Origin: Bilabrum cf. latius | Lineage: Eukaryota | Length of the DNA: 64,000 nucleotides | NCBI GenBank assembly: GCA_965178125.1 | Contig: OZ237736.1 | Coordinates: 1,612,001 to 1,676,000 of the forward strand | Reading direction: 5' to 3' | Part shown: piece after piece, positions 24,098 through 35,994 of the stretch | How the letters are laid out: each line of letters starts with the position of its first letter | Numbering within the stretch: the first letter of the stretch is position 1 | The notes under the pieces: generated by a model | Seen by the model: only the letters and a program-made list of their open reading frames with translations | What the model was told of the DNA's origin: nothing | Database searches by the model: none | Translations under genes and position numbers: made by a program

Positions 24098-24570
24098 TCA
24101 AGCCTCGGCCTCAGCCTCAGCCTTCTCGCGGCGCTCGATGAGCTGATCGCGGAAGATCTTGTTGTTGGGGCCAAGCTCCCGGCCGCCAACGGTGTGGATC
24201 TGCTGAACGAACTTGCGCAGGTATTGGAGGCGCTTCTTAGCGCGGCCGGTGAGGGCCTTCTTCTTCTCCATGGGTGCCTGCTTCTGCGTCTGGCCGCGCA
24301 CCTTACCGGCACGAGCAAGAGAACCGTGGACCTTTCCTGCGATTCGAGAAATCGAGCACGCCCTTGAAAGCGGAATTACCAAAGCCCTCAATGCTTCAAC
24401 AACAAAATTCATGCATTCAAATACACTGTGACGTGATTCACGCTGCCCATCCTGTCCTCGGCCGCAAGCTATGCCAGCCTAGAGCTAGGGGCAATTTGGA
24501 GCGCAAGCACTTTACGCCCAACCAAACAGGCAATTTACGCCAAAACCGCGTATCGCACGTACTCACCCAT
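24098..24570 (-). CDS. RPS30: 40S ribosomal protein S30 (eS30), 80 aa, no ubiquitin-like fusion
   Basis: A 4-nt first coding exon ATGG (24570-24567), intron 24566-24337 (GTGAGT...TCGCAG), then [17 protein letters not shown]...[10 protein letters not shown]. Ends TGA. Confidence 0.93.
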
Positions 24571-24904
24571 TGTTAAACGAGTTTTCTTGCTTTGGCAAAA
24601 ACCTGGGCTGTACAGCGAGCAGTAGGACCGTAGCCACCTTCCGCAATATGGGGGCACGACCGTTCGTGGTGAATGCAAGAGAATCGATCCGATCATTACC
24701 GAACGTTCGCTCAAGCAACTGATGTGGATTCTTACATCACGACCTAGCGGCTCAGCATGCTGCCACTTCGAACACTTCTGACTGGAAATCCATACTTTGT
24801 ATATTTTTCCATTGGTCTGGTTGCGTGTGTAGTCCCTGCGTTCATTTATGGATCAGTTGCTGGGCCTGACGAAGAGGAGCGGCGCAGACGAAGCGTGAGA
24901 AGAG

Positions 24905-25618
24905 ATGCCCTGCGTTGAAGCGGCCCGTATGCAGGCTTTGCTAGACATTACAAACTCATATGCTTACCGATCCGATGCGCAGCAAGCAATGATAACGAAT
25001 CCGGAGGAAGCCAGGAAGAAAATGAAACGCTTTGCAGCCATGCGAGCGCATTCAATGCAGCGTTCCGCTGAAATTCAGGGAGTGGAGGACGAACTTTTGC
25101 GTGGAGGTTCGCGTGGTAGAACCAAGAAGCGGCTTGGGCACGAGTACACGGGATAGCTGAGGCAAGTCGAGGAAGAGAAGAAGGATGCAGTTGCAGAGGA
25201 GCAGCTGCGCGGACTTGTCGAGCAAGTGGTTCTGTCCTCCGACGCTTCAGAGGAAGAATCACCTGCACGTTCGACCACTGATGCCAGAGCAGGCGATCAA
25301 TCATTGACAATAGAAGCACAGGTACGCGCCGCTGGGGAAACGATCGCACCGGAAGACGGTCCGATGCCAGGGGCACGAAACGTGCTGGTGCGGAAGGGGC
25401 TCAGATCAAAAAAGAAAAGAAAAAGTAAAACGAAAGCAGTTGCTATGGAATGTGACAGCGGAGAAGCTGGATCGGGCGCATAGCAGGCACAGAGTAGCTA
25501 GACAGAGCAAGGCAGTCCGACTGCCAGCGCAGGGTGGGGCTCGTGGCTGGGCTGGAGCCAGGGGGCGGCGAGCGGAGACGGCAGCTCTGGCGCCGAGAAT
25601 GAACAGAGTAGGTCTTGA
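24905..25618 (+). CDS. Hypothetical protein (start uncertain), 3 in-frame TAG
   Basis: ORFs 24905..25156 and 25226..25483 share a frame. The only interruptions are TAG at 25154, 25481 and 25499 (context A*QAQSS*TEQ). First TGA at 25616. Confidence 0.55.
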
Positions 25619-25745
25619 ACAGGCATGCTTCGATTGTACACATAGTCTAGTCTTCATGATTCAAGCACGTTCTCTTCTCACACTGGTTTGCAATTGTATT
25701 CTATCATCGGAGCAGAGCAAAGAGCAGAGCGCCGCCAGACTGGGT

Positions 25746-28700
25746 TCAGACCCCTTCGGCCGCCCCTGCTGCACCGCTGGCCTTCTCCACGCGCGCACGC
25801 TTGCGACTGCCCGCCCCCACCCCCGCTGCCTTGCTCGCAGCAGCCCCTGCACCTGCTCCTTCCCTGGCTGCCCCACCGGCCGCGGCGAGGGCAGGTCTCC
25901 CCACTGTCCTAGTCACGGTGGAGACACCGTCTACGAACTTGGTCCGGAAAATCACGTTCGCGTTAGAGAACATCCCCTGCTTCAGCGAAACCACAATAAA
26001 CTGGGAGTGCGCGAAGTGGGCCTTGAGCATGCGCCCGATGTTCTGAGTGTGGCTCAGGTCTAGGGCGGCATCCACCTCGTCCAAAATGTACATGGGCGCC
26101 GGCTTGAAGAGCAGCAGCGAAAGGATGAGGCTCAGCGCCAGCAGAGACCTCTGCCCCCCCGACAGCTCCGAGAGCCCCTCCTTCCAGACGCCCCCGAAAG
26201 CCACCCGCACTTCGAGTCCCTTGAGCACCTCGCCGTCCACGGGGTCCAGCTTGGCCGAGGCACCCGGCAGCAGGGTGGAGAAGATGCTCCTGAAGTCCCC
26301 GTTGACCTTGGCCCAGGTCTTCTCCAGCGCCTCGGCCTTCTTGGCGTCTAGCTCCGCGATGGCCCTCTCGATCTTGGTGCGGTCCGCGACGATGACCTCC
26401 CTCTTGCTCTTGAGCTCGTGGTACTTGCTCGTCACTGAGTCGATGAGACCCATCACCTTCTTGTTCACGCTGCGCTCCAGCGAGCGGCTCTTCTGCTGCA
26501 GGGACTGCAGGCGCTTGGCCGCCTCCTGGGGGCTCCTGCTCTCGAAGTCGAAGGTCGTCGTGGGGTCGCCGAAGAACTGCTTCTGGCCTGCGATCCACTC
26601 GTGCTTGCGGTCCAACGCTCCCATCCGAGCCCGTGCGGCCTGCGCCTCCTTGCGAGCCGCGTGCCCCACCCCGGCCAGCCTCTTGGCCTCGGCCTGGGCG
26701 TCTCCCTCCAGCCTGGCAAGCTCCCGGCGGGCCTCCTCCCGGCCCTCCAGCGCCTTGCGCACGTCGTCCAGCGCCGCTTCGAACTCGCCCAGCCGCTCGG
26801 CGGCCTCGTCGTGCCTCAGCCGGAGCGACTCAGCCGCCGCCGACTCGTCCTCGGCCTTGCCCGCAGACACCTCCGCCGCCTTGCTCGCCGTTTCGAGGGC
26901 CTTGCTCGTCGCCTCGGCCTCCTCCCGCGCCGCCGCGAGCTCGCCCCTGGCAGTCTCCAGGCGCTCGGCCGCCTTGCCCGCCCCCTCCTCGGCGCTGGCA
27001 AGAGCCTCCCGGGCAGCGGCCAGAGTCTTCTCAGCCGCCTCCACGGCTCGCTGGCGGTAGGCCTCCGCGTCCTTCGCCTGCTCCGCGAGCTCGGCCGCCT
27101 CTTGCTCTGCTTCCTCAGCGGCTCGAGCCTTCTCGGCGGCCAGGTGCTCCTGCTCCTCTGCCTCTTTGCCGGCATCTACCAGGGCCTTGTGGGCCGCGCC
27201 AGCCTCGGTGGCCTCTGCCTGCGCCCGGGCCAGGGACAGCGCGTGCGCCGCCACCTCGGCCCCCGCCTTGGCCTTGGAGTGTGCCGCCCTCGCCCTCTCC
27301 GCCTCCTTGGCCGCCCCCTCCGCCTGGCTCAGCGCCTATGCCGCCTCGTCCCTCCGCTGCTCCACCTCCGAGAGGGCCGCCAGCTGCTCCAGCACGCCGC
27401 CCGCAGTGGGCCTCGAGCCGCCCTCCAGCGTCCCCGCCGGGTCGAAGATGTCGCCCTCCAGAGTCACGGCCTTGGCTTGCACGCCCTTGTCGAACGCCGC
27501 CCGCCGAGCCGCCGCCGCGTCCTCGCAGACCAGGTGGGACCCAAACACGTGCTCCATCGCGGGCCGCACATCGCTCCCGAAGGACACCAGCTCGATCGCG
27601 GGGTACGCCCGCCCGCCCGTGATCTCTCTAGCCCGCTGCACCCGCGCCGCTGGCAGCGTGCCCCTCCGGATCTTGGCGAGCGGGATCACGGTGATGCGCC
27701 TCCTCAGCTTGCCCTTGGACAGAAGGGCCCCGCCAACCTTCTCGTCGTCCACCACCACGTTGAACAGTCGCCCCCCCGCCGCCATCTCCACGGCAGTGGC
27801 GTGCTTCCCCTCTGGCACGCGCACCAGGCGAGCCACCACCCCGTGCACCCCGTCGCCGTCCGCAGCGCTACGCCCCGCGGCTCGCTGCACGGCCGCGCCG
27901 TCGTATTGCACCTGCACCCGGGCTCGCACCTGCGCCCCCACCCTCTCCGCCTCCTCGGCCAGCGCCGCCACCCTGCCCTTGGCCTCGTCCCGCGCCGCGA
28001 TGGCCTTGGCTGCAGCCTCCGGGTCGAATTCCAGCGCGTCCAGCTGGGCCTGCGCCGAGTCAGCCGCGGACTGCTTCTTCTGCAGCTCCGCCTCGAGCTT
28101 GGCCACGGCCTTGGCGGCCTTGCCTGCCTCCTTCCTGAGCTTGCCCTCCCGCTGCCGGGCGGCCTTGGCCCGCATCGTCGCGGCCTTCGACTCGGCCACG
28201 CCCGCCGCCGCCCGGGCCTTGGCGCGCATCAGACGGTCCTGCACGGTACCCCCGGACTCGTCCCCGGAACCGTCCGCAGCAGCGTCGGCGCCCGCGCCCG
28301 AAGCAGCGCCTCCAGCTGAAGACGATAAGGACGAGGACGAGGATGAGGCCATACCGGCAGCAGCTGCCCGCAGCCCGCCGTGAGCGGCCTCCACGGCCTG
28401 CCCCGCGCTCTCCGCCTCCGCCCTGGCACTGGAATCCGCCTCCACGGCCTCCTTCTCCGCCTCCTCCCTCTGCCGCACCGACGCCTCCGCCGCCTCGAGG
28501 GCCTTCTGCGCTGCCTCCACGGCCTTGGCGTCCCGTTGGGCGGCCTCCCGCCGGTTGGTGGCGCGGGTGTCTGCCTGCACGAGCAGCTTCGACAGGCGTG
28601 CTGCCTCGTCCGCTGCCAGCTTGTGTTCCCCCGTGGCCTCCGCCGTGGCAGTCGCCCTCAGCTCGTCCACCTCGGCCTTGCTCGCTGCCAGCTGCGCCTT

Positions 28701-29510
28701 GAGGTCCGCCGCCTCCTGCTCCTTGCCCTTCGCATCGGCCAGGGCCTGTTCCGAGGCCTCTGCCTTGGACTCTGCGGCCTGAGAGGCACTGTGGTACTGG
28801 TGCGCCACCACAAACCGCTCCAGAGTGGCGATCTCCTCCGCGGCTGCCGTGTACTCGAGGTAGGCGGTCTGGTCGTTCCGGAGCTTCTCGATGGTGGGTG
28901 TTATTTCCTTGCTGAGGATGTGGTTGATCTCCTGCACCTTGGCGTCCTTCTTTTCGATCGTGCGGATGGCTGCCTGCTTGCGGGCCTCGTACATGCGAGT
29001 GCCCGCGGCCTCCTCCACCATGCCTAGGATCTCGATCGGCCGCATGTTCAGCACCTTCGTGATGCGACCCTGCATGATCAAGAAATGCGGATTATCCACA
29101 TTAAGCTGCACCGAGTGGAACAGTGTCTGCACCCTAGAAGCCTGGGCGACATGACCATTGATGAGATACTTGTTCCGTCCGCCAATTGCAATTTGTCTGG
29201 TTACAGTGATCGTTGTCATGTCCTAGTACCCCAAAGGCGACTGCTTCGGGTCGCTGTTATCAAAGACAAGCGTGACAGAAGCCTTCGTGACGCCGGCTTG
29301 GCCCTGCTTGTACACGAGCTCCTGCAGAGAGGAAGCACGGACCTGGCTCAGGTTCCGGATGCCTAGCACAAAGCAGATCGAATCCAGAATGTTCGATTTA
29401 CCGCTGCCATTCAAGCCAGTAATAGCATTGAAGTGCTTGTCGAAGCCAGAGATGACTGTTCTCGTCGCATAGGACTTGAAGCCGTCGATAATAATTTCTC
29501 GAATGTGCAT
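25746..29510 (-). CDS. SMC2: Condensin subunit SMC2, about 1254 aa, intronless, 2 in-frame TAG
   Basis: Motifs: IIDGFKSY, Walker [50 protein letters not shown], hinge [17 protein letters not shown], signature [12 protein letters not shown] and Walker [12 protein letters not shown]. Three same-frame ORFs are joined by TAG at 29223 and 27336. Ends TGA. Confidence 0.97.
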
Positions 29511-29917
29511 CGCGGCTGTGGCACCTCAGAGCACACTGATCGAAACACCAACAACGAAACGCTGCGGCAGAGAAGAATTCACAAGTAGCTTGGAAGTATC
29601 TGTGGTCCAAGTCTGGCACGGGGGTCCAGATCTTGCGCTTCGAGTGGTGGCTTCGAATTCGCGAGCACAAACGGCCGGGAACCGGTTGCAACCAACAGCC
29701 CTGCACCGATCGTTTCGGCAAATGCCTCACATCTCGCAACACTGCAATTCCGGTGTATTTGCCCGCGAGAGGCCAGATAGTTTCTGTATTGGCTTACTAT
29801 TTTCATTTCGGTTGGTATAACTGAATGATAATTTGGCTGCTACCAATTTTCTACCAAGATATCTGCACTGGGGCCGCGTGCCACCGAGGCTGAGACGGCT
29901 TGCGGACATAGTCGACT

Positions 29918-32900
29918 ATGGCAGAAGCAATGTAGGGTCTTGACGATATTCTAGGTGGTGGAAGTGATAGTGATGACGATGTGCGGCTGGAGGGGGCCGA
30001 TGATACCGTCGCCATGGATGACCATGGTACGCCTGCTCGCCAAGCTCTTGACGCCCAACCTAGTGGCGGCGACCAGTCAAGCCTCGACAAAGAATAGGTC
30101 ATGCAAGAGCTTGAAGCAATGCTGGCTAGTGATAGCGATGAAGATGCACCGGGTGCTTCTCCCGCTAGCGCTACGCAGCTGGAACCGCGTACCGACGAGC
30201 TGTCCGCCCTCGGATCCGTCGCTTCCCCAGCCCGCCCCAGCCACGCAGTCCAGTAGCCCGGACACTCCGCAGCACCCCCGGGATCTGGAAACGGGATTGC
30301 TTCTGGAACAACCGCTAGAAGGCGAGTGGGAGCCGCGCCTACTACAAGCGCTGCCTCCACCACGGACTCGGGCTCGGGTGTAGCTCACGGCATTGCAGCA
30401 GCGCTGGGTGGCTGGAGCTTTGGCGGGCTCTTGGAAAGGCGCGCGGGACAGGGTGAAGCCAAGCCCTCTGGTGGCGGGGACGATGGGGGGTCGTCCGTGG
30501 GGGGTGCCAGCCGAGGTCTGGGGGGCTTGGGTGCCTTCTTCCGAGGCGGGGATGTGGACCGTGACAGCGTTGGTGGCAGCGTGGTGTCTGGGCAGCAGCC
30601 GACGCGCAGTCGCGCGGGCACCTTCGATGACGGTGTGTCTGTGGCTGCCTCGGCTTTACTGCAGGCCTCTCCTCGGCTGCAGGCGGCCAAGGAGGCCATG
30701 AGACTGCCCGAGGATGCCACGGCCCTTCTGGCTTTCGCAGGGCGAGCCGCTGCTGGGCAGCGGGGCAAGAGGGCAGAGGCAGAGGCAGGAGATTAGCCCC
30801 TGGCGATGCCCTCCTTTCCCCCGCTGCCTCGTGCCATCGCGCTGCGCAGGCTGGCGGCACACTTCGGGCGAAGCACGCGGAGGGTCCCAGCTAGTGGAGG
30901 GGCAGGAGCAGGAGCGGGCCACAGCGGTCGGGCAGCCGCAGACTCGGGGGGCGCCGGTGCCCTGGATGACGTGGAGCTGAAGGAGTGCCTGGGCTCGGGT
31001 GGTCTGGTGCGTCCCTCGGAGGTTGGCAGCATGATGGGGCTGGCTGCTCCTGCCCCGCTGGCCGAAACAGAGGATAGGGCGGAGTGGGCATCGGCGGCGG
31101 GGGCGGCGATGGGGGGCAAGGCTGGGCTGCAGCTGCTGCTGCATCTGGCCGCGGGCGGGGCCTTGGCAAGCGTCCATCTGGACCCATGGAGTGGTGTGGT
31201 GGGCACCACGAAGATCGGTAGCGCGGCCGTCGAGGCACAGGAGGCATCGTGGGTGGACGTGGCAATCGAAGTCGCAGGCAAGCTGGGAGTGCAGGACGGC
31301 GACGGCGATGGGGGCGCCAGCACCAGCGGCAGCAGCAGTCATGAGGGCGCGGGCCCGGGACTCACGCTGGATGCATCGGCAAGCACAAAGCGCGAGCTGC
31401 AGCGGCTGCTGAGCGCTGACCCAAGCGCAGATGAGGACGAGGCCGCCCCAGTGGCCCGGGCCGTGCAGCGCGCCTGCCGGAGGGGTACGTTCGAGTCGAT
31501 CGCGGCGGGGGCAATCGGTGGGGTCGCGCTGTCTCTAGGCCGATTGGCAGGGGCCACAGACGGCGGCTCGGAGGGTAAGGGCTGGCTGGAACCGGCTTGG
31601 AGGGCAGTCGAGCAGCTGGTGGTGCCGGCGGTGTTTCCCAGTGCGGGCGGCGACAGGCTGGCCCAAGCAAAGACGCAGCTTGAGGCGGCCCGGTCTCGCA
31701 GTGGAGGCGCTGCGACCACTGGTGTGCCCACTGTCTAGGATAGGAGCGGCGTGGCAACTCTGCTGGCCGGGGCCCGATCCATTGGGAGGCCCCTGTTTCC
31801 GCTGCTTCGAGGCTTGCTGGCGGCGCACGACCCCTAGCTTGCCGCTCACCTCGATGCGGTGCGGCCGGGTTGGCACAGAGCGTCGGCAGGCTGGGCGGAG
31901 GGTGGAGCAGCCGACAGAGGTGGTGGAGCAGACAACGGGTGCGTACCAGCCGGGTGGCTGTGTGCCGGGATGGCGGGGTCGTTGCCTCCACCGGCTCTGC
32001 TGGCGCTGTGGGTCGCCCTGGTAGCGGCAGATACGGGGTCGGCGCGCCAAGTCGCAGTTGCATCCACGTGCAAGTTGTCTAGCAGGGCCGGGCAACACTC
32101 GAAGCCGGGTAGTGCGGCGGTTGAGGACGATGGCGATGACGATGACGATGACGAGGACCTCGAGTGGCTGAGGGAGTCACAAGCTCCGGCAGTGCCGTCT
32201 CCTGCTCGGTCGGTGGCCTCGTCTCCACCCAGGAGCAGGAAGCATAGCTTGACGGGCGGGGCTCAGGCCGCAGCTATCGGAAATGGTGCTGATGCTTGCG
32301 GTCCACACGAGCCGGAGCCGCCCGCGACCGCGTCAAGCCAAGGCAGACGAGTGCCCTAGGCCCAGGCACACGTCGTGTCTCCCTCCTACCTCGCTGCCTC
32401 TGCCCTGGGACTACCATGGCCACCCGCCGCCCCAGGGCAGGGCGTCAAGGCTGCGGCTCAGCCCAAGGCAGAGCAAGGGCGCGAGCCGCGGCTGCCCAAT
32501 GCCAGGATGGCGGGGGCGGCATCGTATGCAGCTGCTGCCCGCTTGCAGGCGTCAGCCTAGGCAGCCAGTGATGCCGTCCCGCTGATGGGCGAGGGGCGCC
32601 CGGCGGCTCTCAGAAAGTTCAGGCGAGCCCAGGCGAGGGCGGCGGCGGGATGTGCGGCCCACTTTGTGCCTCCAGTGGCGCCGGCTGTGCCCCTTCCCCA
32701 GCTCCGGGGCGGGATGGCCGGACAGCCGTCTGCAGCTCCGGCGCTGCTAGTCGCGTTTGGCTGTGCCATCCTTATCCAGTAGCGAGAGCTCCTGCTGGCG
32801 ATTGGGCCAGTCAGTGCACCCGATGGCAGCACAGAGCCCAGTGGTGGCACCGGCAAGGCCCCACCCAAGTCCGACGCGCTGTCGGCCCAGATCAAGAACG

Positions 32901-35287
32901 TCGCCAGATTTGCCGTGGCAGATGCCCTAGAATCGTGGGCGCTGGACCCAGACACTCCGGACGCTGTGCAGCAGGCTGCAGGCGCCCTAGTGCTGGTGGA
33001 GGAGGCTTCGGCCCTCCTGGCAAAGACTCCCGCGTCCTTTGCTGCCCTCTGCGCAGAAGCCGCGCGGCCCTCGGTGCATGCGTGCGGTGCTGACGGCATG
33101 CGACTAGCTGCTGATTGGCTCAAGCTGAGGGCCGTGGCCCCCGTGAGCCTGCCCCCGAGCATCCCCTCGGCTCTCAGGGCAGGAGTGCTCCCGGTGCTGC
33201 CGTAGGAGGTGATGCCAGTGCTGCTGCCCATAAATGGCCCAGGCGACTAGAAGGACACGGATGCTGGTACTCAGGCTAGTTCCGCTGGCGCGGGCAAAGG
33301 TCCCTGGAGGCGCGCCGTGGGGCTGTGGGAGCCGTGGGCAGCGTGGTGCGGAATGTATGACGACAGCAGCCTCGGGGCATCCGGCGGCCTGTTGCATGTG
33401 CACGGTGTGGACGCTGGCGGCACTGCTGCAGGACCGACCCCCGGCGATGTGCCCGTGCCTCCAGCGGGTCCCAAGGTACCTCTGCTGGTGCTGGACGTGC
33501 GGACCGAGGGACACAGGGCCAGGGGGCGGTTCGGGACGGCCCTCCATTTGGACACGGCTACCGTGCCCGGTGGTGGCCAGACCGGTAGTAGTGCTGCTAC
33601 GGGCGAATCGGCAGGAGCTACCGGGGCGGACACTACTGGGCAGAACGGTCCCGACGCAGCCTCCACACTGAGGGCGCTGCGCTCTTCTAAGGGAGCTGCA
33701 TGGGCCGATGTGCTGGCTCTGCTGCGCCCCTTACGAGGGCAGGTGGGTCTGTGCGTGATGGGTATCGGTGCAGAGCTTCTGCAAGCCTTCTATCCAGCAG
33801 ACAAGTGGGGCCCCGCCGTAGATAGGGACAGAGCGCGGGTCACGACGGCGGCTCGAGGGCTGCTCCAGGCTGATTTCCCAGGCGTATGCATCATGCAAGG
33901 TGGGTATGCCGCGGCTCTAACGCTGCTGATGCGTGGGGCAGGGGAGCGGGCCCCTCGCGCGCTCCTCGAGTCGCACGCGGGCGGACGCTGTCCGGTGACC
34001 GCGGCTCGGGCTGCCGTCCGTCTGCAAGTGGCAGGCCGCGGCAAGGCTCTCTCGGCTCAGCACCGTGCCGGGGTGCTTCTGATGGCGCTCCGGTCGCTGG
34101 CTGCTGCGTCTTCGGACTAGCAGAGCGCAGGGAGTGGCAGGTTGACCAGTGCGGCCGATGGCTCCGCGGGCGCTCGTGGCTCGGTGGCGGTGGAGCAGGA
34201 CGAGTAGAGTGCTGGAGAAGAAGGGGTCGCAGGCCGTGTGGGCGCGATGCTGAGAAGGGTCGTGGCGCCACCCCCCTTGCAAGCGGCCGTGCCTCGCGAT
34301 GGGGCGAGCGCAGGCGATACCTCCACCAGCAAGCAGGACCGGGCGGTGCAGCCTGGTGCCGCAAGCACCGACGATGGTGCGGGTCAAGGGGGCGGTTTCT
34401 TCGCGAGACTCAGGTCTGCGGCAAGCTCTGCCTCGGGGGCGGTCAGCAGCCGCCTGGCAGCTGCTAGGTAGGGCATGGAGGGCATGGTGCAGGCAGCGAG
34501 TGGGGCCGGGGCCTATGCGGGCTCCTCGGGGGCCGGGTCAGAAACAGGCACTTCAGTGACTCCCGGCGGGGACGGGGGCCGGGATGGGGATGGGAAAACG
34601 AAGGCAACGGTGGCGGCGGGTGTAGACAGCAGTGCTGCTGCAGCCTCGAATGCACCGGGGAGTGATTGGCCAGCCGCTGCTCCGGGTGCTCCCACTGCCT
34701 CGCTGCTGCAGAGGCTCAAGGCAGCAGCCAAGGCTGGGTCAGCCGTTGATTCTGGGCGGGACCCTGGCTCGGTTGAGTTGAGAGGAGTCGAGTGGGGTGG
34801 CAGTGGCTCGGATCAGCAAGTGGGGCGGGCGGAAGGAGACGCAATTTGCTTGTTCGCGGGCGAAGGCGAGCTGGCAAGCGAGGAGCAAGGTGCAGGTGCA
34901 CGCAGCGCCGTGGCTGGGGCGGGGGCAGAGGCCGAGGCGGGGCGCGTGTGGGTGTGTGTGGCGCGGAGCCACCTCGTGTTGGTGCAGACCCCCAAGCATT
35001 GGGGCGGGGATGCTGCAGGTACAGGTGCCAGCGCAACTTGCCTGATCCTCGGCGCAAGTGCTAGCAACCGCATGAGGCGGCTCGAGCCAGTGGGCGGTGG
35101 GCCTAATGCAAAGGGACAACTGGAGTGGCTGCTGCATCTGCGGGCAGCCAAAAAGGGGACAAAGACTCCCCGTCCATGGCGCCTACGGCTGTCGGAGCGA
35201 GTGTCTCGGCTGCTGCAGCAGTGCCTAGCCGGGCTAGTCCAGGGATTGCAGTCGGCTCGAAAAGGGCGAAGCAAGGGCACAAAATGA
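29918..35287 (+). CDS. TBC1D23-like protein (degenerate TBC + rhodanese-like + C-terminal PH-like), about 1789 aa, 14 in-frame TAG
   Basis: One frame interrupted only by TAG at 29933, 30095, 30254, 30794, 31736, 31835, 32357, 32558, 32780, 33203, 33248, 34118, 34205 and 34469. TBC-like LLAAHDP*LAAHLD. Rhodanese-like LVLDVRTEGHRARGRFGTALHLD, GLCVMGIG and FPGVCIMQGGY resemble TBC1D23 motifs recalled from memory (VVDCR...GHLSTAFHLD, HLCFMGSG, VSIASGGF). Ends TGA. Confidence 0.72.
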
Positions 35288-35583
35288 GGTGCTAGCGTGA
35301 CGCGGCTGAGCGTGGCAAACGAGACGAGGCGAATGGTCTATCAATATATCAAGACGAAACACAATCACAAGAGAGCTACCAGCGGCTAGCTAGGAAATCC
35401 TCCCATCCCCGCCACCGCTGGCTACCGCAAGTCCCAACACCGGATACTTGCGAGAACCCCAACCCAACTGTGCCTTGCGAGTAGCTCAACTAGCACAGCC
35501 ACCTGGAGCAGCATATCCTGAGGAAGCTCAGGACATTCAAATTAAAATTACACGCCGACTTCGCCGCTGAATGCCAGGAGGTC

Positions 35584-35865
35584 TCAGCCGCTCTTGAACA
35601 GAAGGACTGCAAGCTGCCCGAGGTAGAAGTAGATGAAATTCTTAGTCTCATGGGTGACATAAGAGCCAAAGTTCCTTCCAACGACACAGTGCCATGTTGG
35701 CCCGTACTTTCGGTCGAATTCCTTCTTGATAAAGGCAGCGATCTCCCTCTCCACTGCGTACTTCTCAAACGCCTGGGCAGCGACGTCGATGGAGTCCTGC
35801 TGCATATCTTCAGTCATATCAGCATTCTTGATGACAGCTTTGCGCTCCGTGCTTGCAGACGCCAT
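35584..35865 (-). CDS. DYNLL: Dynein light chain LC8
   Basis: KAVIKNADM...DSID...[52 protein letters not shown]. Ends TGA, no TAG. Confidence 0.97.
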   Translation of the reverse strand: MASASTERKAVIKNADMTEDMQQDSIDVAAQAFEKYAVEREIAAFIKKEFDRKYGPTWHCVVGRNFGSYVTHETKNFIYFYLGQLAVLLFKSG

Positions 35866-35994
35866 TGCACAAAGTGGTGCGCGTCCGTTGAAACTATCGG
35901 TCTGGTATTTCGGCAGCACACAAATATCAACACGTTATAATCATGCCATTTGTCCAGGTCTTTGCAAGCATAATCCACACCTGCATTGATCCGT

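Noticed and set aside
15058-28383. Long antisense or alternative-frame ORFs (e.g. 15058..16890 +, 22290..23765 -, 26601..28319 +, 27166..28383 +)
   Set aside because: These are shadow ORFs of GC3-rich real genes (CNNM, CCT5, SMC2), with no motifs of their own.
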